Positions 1-7,075 of a stretch of DNA of 24,000 bases are shown one piece after another. The first letter of the stretch is position 1, and each line of letters begins with the position of its first letter. The DNA lies in the NCBI RefSeq assembly GCF_000023985.1, contig NC_013156.1:274363-298362 (forward strand), written 5' to 3'. The position numbers and the translations under genes are program-made. A model generated the notes under the pieces. The model did not search any database and was not told where the DNA came from. It saw only the letters and a program-made list of their open reading frames with translations. Origin of the DNA: Methanocaldococcus fervens AG86 (GTDB taxonomy: Archaea > AGJL01 > Methanococci > Methanococcales > Methanocaldococcaceae).

Positions 1-1
1 A

Positions 2-889
2 CCAATTTCATGGCAGTTCATAATCCCAGCAGAATACGTTCCAAAACTAATTGAAAAGATTCAAGAGAAATGCAATAAAAACTTCAAATGGATTTATGGA
101 AAACTGCCATTGCATATTGGAATAATCATCCAACATTATAAAAGTCCATTATACATTGGAATAAAGGCTTTAAGAAAAATTAGAAGGGATTTATATAGTT
201 TAGAAGATATTAAAACAAAAATTGATGGAAAGTCATTAAAATCAATACAGAAAGAGCTTTATTCTAAATATGTTAGGGGAGAAGAATTAGCAAATAACAC
301 TGAAGAATATTACTCTCTCTATGAATGGGGAGGAGATAATGAAACATACCAATTCTATCTAAAACCAGATGAAAACAGCTTAAAATGGATTACTACAACG
401 AATGGAAAAGATAATCCAACATTCTACATCTATCCAAACACCTTCGATTTTGAGATTTTAGATTCAAATGTTAGAAGGAATGATATTGAATACTACAGAG
501 GAAAGAGAGTCCTACCATTAAAATCTAACAGACCATACACTTTAGAAGATTGGAAGAAATTTATTAAATTCAAAGAAATCTTTGAAAATAAACCTTCAAA
601 ACTTCAAAAATTGGTTAATATAATTTATAAATGCTTAGAAGATTGGGACAATAAATATGATGACTCAATAAGCCAATTCTTAGATACAAGTTTCATAAAT
701 GTCTTAGAATTGAACAAAAAATCCAACAAAGAGGTAATTGAGAAATTATGTGTGATATTTGATATTAGTTTAGAGGATAAAGACTTAGAAAAATTCAGAA
801 ATGAGCTAATAAATAAAATAGATAGGAAAAAGATGCTAATGTTCATAGATATGTTTGAATTCTGGCATAAGGGATTAAAAGCTGTATAA
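2..889 (+). CDS. cas10: Cas10-family type III large subunit, C-terminal ~295 aa (5' end lies outside the window)
   Basis: The frame is open from nt 2, so the tracked TTG at 110 is not the real start. PISWQFIIPAEYVPKLIEKIQEKCNKNFKWIYGKLPLHIGIIIQHYKSPLYIGIKALRKI resembles the Cas10 Palm2 segment that follows GGDD (pattern ..LP....a..i...F.......SaGi.i.h.k.PL......A..lL). A helical C-terminal region follows. The gene is first in a tightly packed, co-oriented set with RAMP and small-subunit genes. Confidence 0.55.
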   Translation, partial: PISWQFIIPAEYVPKLIEKIQEKCNKNFKWIYGKLPLHIGIIIQHYKSPLYIGIKALRKIRRDLYSLEDIKTKIDGKSLKSIQKELYSKYVRGEELANNTEEYYSLYEWGGDNETYQFYLKPDENSLKWITTTNGKDNPTFYIYPNTFDFEILDSNVRRNDIEYYRGKRVLPLKSNRPYTLEDWKKFIKFKEIFENKPSKLQKLVNIIYKCLEDWDNKYDDSISQFLDTSFINVLELNKKSNKEVIEKLCVIFDISLEDKDLEKFRNELINKIDRKKMLMFIDMFEFWHKGLKAV

Positions 890-902
890 GTGGGGGATAG
901 TC

Positions 903-1069
903 ATGTATTATTTTGTCTATGGTTCAAATATGAGTGAAGAAAGGATAAAAGAGAACTGAAAAAATCCAAAATTTGTAGATATTGGTTATATCAAAGATTA
1001 TAAGTTTGTTTATGATGGTTATTCCAGAGGTTGGGAAGGTGCTGTAGCCAACATAATACCAAAAAAATG
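903..1069 (+). pseudogene. N-terminal half of a GGCT/AIG2-like (gamma-glutamylcyclotransferase fold) domain, interrupted by TGA 957-959 and out of frame with the downstream ORF at the A7 run 1061-1067
   Basis: ATG 903 lies 13 nt after the cas10 stop and is preceded by GTGGGGGAT (RBS-like). Translation gives MYYFVYGSNMSEERIKEN*KNPKFVDIGYIKDYKFVYDGYSRGWEGAVANIIPKK. The YGSN motif and the W.G.VA.I.P block are GGCT-family hallmarks. The domain continues in the -1 frame as part of ORF 1031-2446. Confidence 0.6.
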
Positions 1070-2446
1070 GAGAAATTGTGTGGGGGTGTTATATATGAAA
1101 TCTCCGAAGATGACTTAAAAGCTTTAGATAGACAGGAAGGATACCCTATAACTTATGGTAGAAAAGAAATAACGGTTTTCTGTGTAAATAAGAATATAGA
1201 GATTAAAGCTTATGTTTATTTCAGAGAGGGAGAGCCTATTGAAAACCTACAAAAGAATACGTTAACTTGTGTAAAAGATGCTAAGGAGCATGGAATACCA
1301 GAAGATTATATTAAAAATGTGCTAATGGGTGGTAGTATGACAAATAATAATTTTGTAAATGAAATAAACGTTTATGCAGTAGCGACAGACCCAATATATA
1401 TTGGAACTGGAGGTTATACAATTGGGAGGGTTGATAACACTATTGTAAGAGACCCAATAACAAAAATCCCAAAAATTCCAGGGTCAAGTTTGGCTGGAAC
1501 TTGGAGATATTATGTGGCTTTGAAATTGCAGGGATATTTTAAAGATGATTATAGAGTTGATAAGAGCAAAAGAAAGGAGAAAAAGATTGAAGAATTATTT
1601 GAATTGGAAAATAATGAAGATAAAGATTGGGTTTTATTCGAAGGAAACAGATATGCTGGAATAAAATGTGCTGGACAAGATGATTTACCAAATATTGATT
1701 ATGAAAGTGCAAAGGATGAAAAAACCGGACATTGTGGAAGATGTATTGTTTGTAAAGCATTTGGTTTCTCTAAAAAAGATGTATCATGGCAAGGATTGAT
1801 TTATTTCTCCGATTTAAATATCTTATTCTTCCCAGTTTATACAAGATTTGGGGTTAAGTGGATAACTTCTAAAAGAATTTTAAAAGAAGCTGGTTTATTA
1901 AATGGAGATTTTGACGAAGAAAAAAATGTTGTTTTTGCACTTAAAGAAATAGAAAAAGAAATAGAAGATGATAAGAAAAAAGGGCATATAAATTTAGGTT
2001 GGCTGTATTTGCCTTATAAAGTTGATGGCATAAAAATCAATTTAGGCAAAATACAAAACTTTGGAATTGATGAAAATGATATAATAATCGTTCCAGACAA
2101 CCTAATTTCTCAAATAATCAACTCAAACTTAGAGGTTAGAACTTCTGTTTCAATAGATCCAATTACAGGAACAGCAAAAGAAGGAGCGTTATTCACATCA
2201 GAGGCAATCCCAAGAGGAACAATATTTTATGGAAAAATAAGAATCTTTGACAAAAAGCCATTTGAGGAAATTAACGATAATAAAACTAACAAACTAAAAC
2301 CATTACCAACAATAAAACAAATAAAAGATGCATTAGAAGATTCAAAAATATTCTTTGAGACATTGGGAATTGGGGGAATGACAACAAGAGGTTTTGGAAG
2401 ATTGAAGATTGAATTGTTTGATGAAAATGGAAAAAAGTTTGAATAA
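1031..2446 (+). CDS. cas7: Cmr4-like Cas7 RAMP (type III backbone subunit) with the C-terminal half of a GGCT-like domain at its N-terminus; internal ATGs at 1325 and 1337 could give a RAMP-only product
   Basis: GGCT part: EKLCGGVIYEISEDDLKALDRQEGYPITYGRKEI...AKEHGIPEDYIKNVL. RAMP part: DPIYIGTGGYTIGRVDNTIVRDPITKIPKIPGSSLAG. Zn-knuckle-like HCGRCIVCKAFGF. Cmr4-type thumb LFFPVYTRFGVKWITSKRIL. Also RTSVSIDPITGTAKEGALFTSEAIPRGTIFYG and the G-rich loop LGIGGMTTRGFGRLKIEL. Confidence 0.7.
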   Translation: MGRCCSQHNTKKMEKLCGGVIYEISEDDLKALDRQEGYPITYGRKEITVFCVNKNIEIKAYVYFREGEPIENLQKNTLTCVKDAKEHGIPEDYIKNVLMGGSMTNNNFVNEINVYAVATDPIYIGTGGYTIGRVDNTIVRDPITKIPKIPGSSLAGTWRYYVALKLQGYFKDDYRVDKSKRKEKKIEELFELENNEDKDWVLFEGNRYAGIKCAGQDDLPNIDYESAKDEKTGHCGRCIVCKAFGFSKKDVSWQGLIYFSDLNILFFPVYTRFGVKWITSKRILKEAGLLNGDFDEEKNVVFALKEIEKEIEDDKKKGHINLGWLYLPYKVDGIKINLGKIQNFGIDENDIIIVPDNLISQIINSNLEVRTSVSIDPITGTAKEGALFTSEAIPRGTIFYGKIRIFDKKPFEEINDNKTNKLKPLPTIKQIKDALEDSKIFFETLGIGGMTTRGFGRLKIELFDENGKKFE

Positions 2447-2463
2447 CCAAACTGGTGGTTCTA

Positions 2464-2925
2464 ATGGATAAACTGGAATACAAAATTAATGAAGTTGCTT
2501 TCAATATTGCCCAGATTTTAGATAAAAATGAAATAAATAAATTGTTGGGAGTTTTGGCAAATGATGGAGTTTATGCTATGTGGGTTTATGCATTGGATAA
2601 AATTAAAATTGAAGATAAAAAAGATAGAATAGGACTACTTATAAATCAAATACTTAATTTTTCAGATGCATTTCCAATCTTAAAAGAAAATCAGGAAGAA
2701 ATTGAAAGAAAAAATGAAAAAATAAAAGGACTTTTAGAAAAAGAAAAATTAAACGATGAAGGAAAAATAGAACTAAAAAATAAAATAAAAGAGAGAAATA
2801 AGATTATCTTAGAGATTTTCAAAGAACTTTCAAAAGATATTGATAATTTACTATTCTTCAAAGAAATCTTAGAAAGAGTATTAATCTTAGCAAGATATCA
2901 TGCAAAGGCATTAGGTGACGATTAA
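2464..2925 (+). CDS. Small alpha-helical protein, probable type III small subunit (Cas11, Cmr5/Csm2-like)
   Basis: About 153 aa that look all-helical. The position is between Cas7 and a RAMP gene. GGTGG lies 5 nt upstream of ATG 2464. The C-terminal LLFFKEILERVLILARYHAKAL resembles the conserved C-terminal helix of Cmr5-type subunits. The call rests on weak sequence signal and is mainly contextual. Confidence 0.4.
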   Translation: MDKLEYKINEVAFNIAQILDKNEINKLLGVLANDGVYAMWVYALDKIKIEDKKDRIGLLINQILNFSDAFPILKENQEEIERKNEKIKGLLEKEKLNDEGKIELKNKIKERNKIILEIFKELSKDIDNLLFFKEILERVLILARYHAKALGDD

Positions 2926-3731
2926 TGACTTGGTATAAAATAGTTTTAGAACAAGAACAACCAATTCACATTGGATATAAAAGATATGGTGTATTGGCAG
3001 AGACAAGAATATTTATTCCTGGGCAAACGATGTGGGGGGCTTTAACAAAAGCATATAATTTAATGAAAGGAAACTCTTTAAACAGCAATCAAGAATTATT
3101 TGAACAAATAACATGCTTTTATCCTTCCTTTGATAAAGAAAATATACTAAAACCAAATTTCAAAAATGGAGAGTTTCACTTAGGAGATCTATCAGAAAAA
3201 GAATTTAGATTATTATTTGTTGATTCTTTCATATCAACGGCAATACTACCCGAAACAAGAACAGCAAAGGATGAATCATTGCATGAAATTGAATTTATCT
3301 TACCAAAACCAAAAAAAGCATTAGAAAATACTGAATTATGGAAAAAAATAACTGAAGTGGGATATAAAAATGAAAACTTAAAATGGATTGGATTAGTTTG
3401 TCTTAATGATGATAGTTTAAAAGATGAATTGGAAAACTTAAAAATCTTTATTGGTGGGGATGTAAGATATGGATACGGTTTAATGAAAGTAATGAAAGTA
3501 ATTAAAATAGTAGAGGATAATATATTAGAAGAATTTAATGTTAAGAACAATAAAATAACTAAAGGAAAGATGATAAATCCCTCTGGAAAAAGGTTATTAA
3601 ACTATTTAGAATTCAATCCAACAATTAAATTTGAAGGAAAACTCGAATTACTACCAGAATTTGACTTCTATAATAAAAGAAAAATAACTAATGCAAAATA
3701 CTACATTATTCCAGGAAGTAAAATTATTTAA
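2925..3731 (+). CDS. RAMP-superfamily protein, Cas5 group (Cmr3/Csm4-like) by position and motifs
   Basis: The start overlaps the upstream stop (TAATG), suggesting translational coupling. N-terminal QPIHIGYKRYGVLAETRIFIPGQTMWGALTKAY fits the RAMP pattern h.hG....(x)..IPgsT..GAL. A C-terminal glycine loop FIGGDVRYGYGLMKV is present. Confidence 0.45.
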   Translation: MTWYKIVLEQEQPIHIGYKRYGVLAETRIFIPGQTMWGALTKAYNLMKGNSLNSNQELFEQITCFYPSFDKENILKPNFKNGEFHLGDLSEKEFRLLFVDSFISTAILPETRTAKDESLHEIEFILPKPKKALENTELWKKITEVGYKNENLKWIGLVCLNDDSLKDELENLKIFIGGDVRYGYGLMKVMKVIKIVEDNILEEFNVKNNKITKGKMINPSGKRLLNYLEFNPTIKFEGKLELLPEFDFYNKRKITNAKYYIIPGSKII

Positions 3732-3742
3732 AATCTAAAAAT

Positions 3743-4963
3743 TTAGAAAGTATTTACTTTCCCCTCAACAATCATTTTTTGGACTTCCATAATGTTATCT
3801 AACCATTTATTAGCTATCTCTTTTGCCTTTGGCTCAATGTCCTTTATATCATAACCATTTTCAGTTATAATTTCTATATCCAATGCTTTTGGTTCATTAA
3901 TTGGCTTACCTATTTGGCTTAATATTCTTACATAACACTCCTTAACTCCCTCTAATTTAGCAATATCTGATGCAATTAAGTTAGCTAAGATGTTATAAAT
4001 CTTACCAACGTGGTTTACTGGGTTTTTACCACTTGCTGCCTCCATACTCATAGGTCTGAATGGAGTTATTAATCCATTAACTCTATTTCCTCTCCCAACT
4101 GAACCATCATCCCCCATCTCTGCTGAAGTTCCAGTAACTGTTAAATAAACACTTTCTCTTTCATAATCATCTGCGGTGTTTATATTTATCTCAACCTCAT
4201 ATCCATCAGCTATCTTTTTAGCTAAATCTTCAACTTTTTCTTTTACTTTCTTAATAACCTCTTTATATTCTTCAACATTCTTAACATACTTATCAACAAC
4301 AGCCATAGCAATGGTTAAGGTTATTTTCTTCCCTTCTCTTAAACCCATAACTTTTATATCCTCTCCTACAGCAGGAATTTCTTTCTTTAACTCATCACTA
4401 TTTAAAAATCTCTCTGTTTCTAAAACCAATCTCTCTGTTGTTGATAATGGAGCATAACCTACTCCAAATGATGTATCGTTAGCTAAAGGAACTTCATTCT
4501 TTTGCCTTTCAAAGACATCAACTAAATCCATACTTCCTTGTCCAATTCTACAGTCGATAATTACATCCTTATCAACGTCAACATTTCTTAAAACTTTCTT
4601 TAAATATTCTTTAGCTGCTTTAACTGCAGTAGTACCAACTGGAAGTTTTATAATTTCGTTTTTCTCTTTATCTAAAATTTCCATTGTTGCCCTACCTGAC
4701 AACAAAATATAAATAGGGCTTACCATTACTCCTCCTCCAAATTTAGGATATGCGTGCCCACCTACAAGCTCAACTTGGTCTGTGTTGTGGTGTAAAATAG
4801 TTCCAAATCTTTCCATATACATCTTACACAAAGCTCTACTAACGCTCTCAGCAATACCGTCACAAATTGAATCTGGATGCCCCAAACCCTTTCTTTCGAC
4901 GATTTCAGTTGGTCTTTCCTCAATTGGTTCAACGTTTAATTTTTTTACAATTATGTTTCTCAT
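3743..4963 (-). CDS. mat: Archaeal-type S-adenosylmethionine synthetase (methionine adenosyltransferase)
   Basis: [36 protein letters not shown]... at 406 aa matches the archaeal MAT family (M. jannaschii MJ1208 type). I chose ATG 4963, which has GGTGAT upstream, over the tracked TTG at 4981. Confidence 0.95.
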   Translation of the reverse strand: MRNIIVKKLNVEPIEERPTEIVERKGLGHPDSICDGIAESVSRALCKMYMERFGTILHHNTDQVELVGGHAYPKFGGGVMVSPIYILLSGRATMEILDKEKNEIIKLPVGTTAVKAAKEYLKKVLRNVDVDKDVIIDCRIGQGSMDLVDVFERQKNEVPLANDTSFGVGYAPLSTTERLVLETERFLNSDELKKEIPAVGEDIKVMGLREGKKITLTIAMAVVDKYVKNVEEYKEVIKKVKEKVEDLAKKIADGYEVEININTADDYERESVYLTVTGTSAEMGDDGSVGRGNRVNGLITPFRPMSMEAASGKNPVNHVGKIYNILANLIASDIAKLEGVKECYVRILSQIGKPINEPKALDIEIITENGYDIKDIEPKAKEIANKWLDNIMEVQKMIVEGKVNTF

Positions 4964-5080
4964 CCCTATCACCGCATCCAATTATCATAAGTAAAATGAT
5001 AAAATAAATTTTTTATATTTAAAGTTAATCCTTCAATAAAAAAGAAAACTAAAAACTCAAATAAATTAGAAAAATTTCTA

Positions 5081-5761
5081 TTAAATTTTCTTTACCATCC
5101 TTAACCAGTCTTTAACAACTTCTCTTTCCTCAAAACCCAACTTTTTATAAAATTCAATGGCATTTTTGTTCTCAACTCCAACCCACAACTCAACTATATT
5201 TCTCCCATTCTTTTTGGCATATCCAATAGCTTTGTTTATTAAAGCTGTTCCAATCCCTCTACCTCTAAAATCCGGATCAACGAAGATTTCATGTATTTCG
5301 GCAACTTCTCTCTTTTCTATATTGCTAATCCAATTACAATCACAGGCAATAAAGCCAACTGGTTTTCCATCAATTTCACATACAAAAAACCCATCTTCAT
5401 CTCTCTTCATCAACCATTTAAAATACCATCTTGCCCATTTTTTCTTTTTGTAATAGTATTTATCAAAACCCTTGTATGCTTTATAATATAGCTCAAGAAA
5501 GTCCTCCAAATCATCTTTAGTTACATTTCTTATTGTATACGGTTTTGTTAAGTTATAAACATTCATAGCCGCGTTTAAGCATCTAAAGAAATCATCCAAT
5601 ATTGATTTTAATGAACCTATAGAACGGGTTTTAACATACAATATAGGCTTTTTCTCACATTTTAAATTAATTTCAATATCCTCATTATTGTAATTATCAA
5701 CTTCTAGGCTTCTACAAACTTCTTTTGGAATATCCACGTGAAGTTTTAAATAAACCTTCAT
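5081..5761 (-). CDS. GNAT-family N-acetyltransferase with an N-terminal ~75-aa Pcc1-like domain
   Basis: GNAT motif A: EIFVDPDFRGRGIGTALINKAIGYAKKNG. The N-terminus MKVYLKLHVDIPKEVCRSLEVDNYN...ILYVKTRSIGSLKSILDDFFRCLNAAMNVYNL resembles Pcc1/CTAG (compare yeast Pcc1 ...FRSIDDRVLRVGVSSIIDSIKTIVEAMDVL). Confidence 0.8.
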   Translation of the reverse strand: MKVYLKLHVDIPKEVCRSLEVDNYNNEDIEINLKCEKKPILYVKTRSIGSLKSILDDFFRCLNAAMNVYNLTKPYTIRNVTKDDLEDFLELYYKAYKGFDKYYYKKKKWARWYFKWLMKRDEDGFFVCEIDGKPVGFIACDCNWISNIEKREVAEIHEIFVDPDFRGRGIGTALINKAIGYAKKNGRNIVELWVGVENKNAIEFYKKLGFEEREVVKDWLRMVKKI

Positions 5762-5828
5762 AATCTCACAGGAAATCCCATATTTATTAATTTAATTTTA
5801 TAAATATATGTTGCTAAAAATAAAAATA

Positions 5829-5904
5829 TGGTGCGCCGGCCGGGATTTGAACCCGGGTCGCTGGCTTGGAAGGCCAGAGTGATACCAGGCTACACCACCG
5901 GCGC
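5829..5904 (-). tRNA. tRNA-Gly (anticodon UCC), CCA encoded
   Basis: Reverse complement: GCGCCGGTGGTGTAGCCTGGTATCACTCTGGCCTTCCAAGCCAGCGACCCGGGTTCAAATCCCGGCCGGCGCACCA. Acceptor stem GCGCCGG/CCGGCGC. Anticodon stem CTGGC/GCCAG with loop CTTCCAA. T arm CCGGG-TTCAAAT-CCCGG. Confidence 0.93.
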
Positions 5905-5933
5905 ATGTTTAAATTAAGCCCAATTAAATCCAG

Positions 5934-6009
5934 TGGTGCGGCCTCCGGGATTTGAACCCGGGGTCCGGGCGTGGCAGGCCCGTGTGTTACCAGGCTACAC
6001 CAAGGCCGC
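5934..6009 (-). tRNA. tRNA-Gly (anticodon GCC), CCA encoded
   Basis: Reverse complement: GCGGCCTTGGTGTAGCCTGGTAACACACGGGCCTGCCACGCCCGGACCCCGGGTTCAAATCCCGGAGGCCGCACCA. Acceptor stem GCGGCCT/AGGCCGC. Anticodon stem CGGGC/GCCCG with loop CTGCCAC. It lies 29 nt upstream of the other tRNA-Gly, so the pair is probably co-transcribed. Confidence 0.93.
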
Positions 6010-6051
6010 TCATTCGAGCGGTTGTAAGCAAGAATAACATACGCAAAACTA

Positions 6052-6065
6052 CTATATATACTTTT
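6052..6065 (-). promoter_or_regulatory. Probable BRE/TATA promoter for the tRNA-Gly pair
   Basis: The minus strand reads AAAAGTATATATAG about 45-55 nt upstream of the mature 5' end of tRNA-Gly(GCC). This has the archaeal TATA-box shape. No other support is available. Confidence 0.4.
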
Positions 6066-6184
6066 CGATTTCATTTTATTAAATATTCTAATTAATTTGT
6101 GAATAATTATGATGCTTTTTAATAGTAACAAATTTATACCATTTTTTACCAATATTTGCTTAGAAAGTGTTTTTTGTGATAATT

Positions 6185-6862
6185 ATGGTTGATGTTAATT
6201 TTGATATTGTTCTCTGGGTTAAAATGATTAAAGAAGGGATTGAAAAGAAAAATCTAAACCCCTGGGATGTCAATATTGCCGAAATTGCGGATTATTATAT
6301 CCAAAAAATCAGAGAGCTTAAAAAATTTGATATTAGGTTATCTGCCGATGTTATTCTTGTTGGTGGAATCTTACTGAGGATGAAATCTGAAGCGTTATAT
6401 GATGAATGTGAAATTGAAGAGGAAGAGGATTATGAATATTATGAGGATGACTACTTCTATGATGAAGATGTAGAAACCAAACCTAAAAAAAGTCAGAAAA
6501 AAGAGAAAAAAGAAAATAAAAAAACTAAAAAGCCAGTTACTGTTGATGAATTAATTAAAACTATAGAAAAAGAGCTTAACAAAGTCAAAAAATCGAGAAA
6601 AAAGAAAGAGAAAAAAACTAAAGAGGTTGAGGAAATTATAGAAGAGCTTATAGAAGAAGAAGATATATCAGATATAATAGCAGAGTTGTTAGAGGATTTG
6701 ATAAGGGAGGGTATTATAATCTATCAGGAAAGATTTAGGACAAGGGAAGAGAGGGTTAGATATTTCATCCCATCCCTATACCTAGCAAATGATGGAAAAG
6801 CCGAACTAATCCAAGAAAAGTTATTTGGAGAATTGATAATTAAGCTAAAATCCACCTTTTAG
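6185..6862 (+). CDS. scpA: ScpA-like kleisin (segregation and condensation protein A homologue) with a long acidic/basic low-complexity linker
   Basis: The N-terminus DIVLWVKMIKEGIEKKNLNPWDVNIAEIADYYIQKIRELKKFDIRLSADVILVGGILLRMKSEAL fits the ScpA N-terminal pattern (..L..lI....id.wdi.i..It.qYl.yi......dl....eflv.aa.Ll.iKS..L). I chose ATG 6185 over the tracked GTG at 6167. Confidence 0.6.
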   Translation: MVDVNFDIVLWVKMIKEGIEKKNLNPWDVNIAEIADYYIQKIRELKKFDIRLSADVILVGGILLRMKSEALYDECEIEEEEDYEYYEDDYFYDEDVETKPKKSQKKEKKENKKTKKPVTVDELIKTIEKELNKVKKSRKKKEKKTKEVEEIIEELIEEEDISDIIAELLEDLIREGIIIYQERFRTREERVRYFIPSLYLANDGKAELIQEKLFGELIIKLKSTF

Positions 6863-7075
6863 TAAGAGGTTGCTCGAACACCTTTTGGAAGAGGGCTGAT
6901 CAAAACGAAACTTTTAGTTTAGCCGGTTTAGAAGTAGATAATGAAACTTTAAGGGAAGAATTTAAAAATTCTCTAGTTTTAACTTTTTTCTCGTTATTAA
7001 TTCCTGGTTTAGGGGGTATTTAATTGGGCAGTTAAACTTGGGATAAAAAATCTTGTTGTATTTTTCAAATTGAAA

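Noticed and set aside
957-959. TGA in the GGCT domain read as selenocysteine
   Set aside because: This is kept as a low-probability alternative in the findings but rejected as the primary interpretation. The aligned Cys is not a redox or catalytic residue in GGCT enzymes. I see no SECIS-like GC-rich stem-loop in the operon's 3' region. A second lesion (the frameshift) 100 nt downstream favours decay.
3743-4963. SAM synthetase immediately next to a type III operon, as a possible link to SAM-AMP type signalling (known from a Bacteroides fragilis type III-B system)
   Set aside because: mat is the single essential housekeeping MAT of these archaea. It is convergently oriented (not co-transcribed) and keeps its usual GNAT neighbour. 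The visible Cas10 tail also hints at an inactive palm domain. Adjacency is best explained by insertion of the cas operon beside mat.
5814-6152. 112-aa minus-strand ORF
   Set aside because: It is built almost entirely from the two tRNA-Gly genes and their spacer and promoter. The GC-rich tRNA sequence keeps the frame open by chance.
6907-7075. Possible degenerate terminal repeats left of the array (GAAACTTT recurs at 6907, 6943 and 7072; CTTTTAGTTTAGCCGGTTTAGA shares CTTT...CCGGT with the repeat)
   Set aside because: Similarity is limited to short AT-rich words plus CCGGT. The spacing (36 and 129 nt) does not fit the 64-72 nt repeat-spacer period. I could not build a convincing 30-nt alignment by eye.
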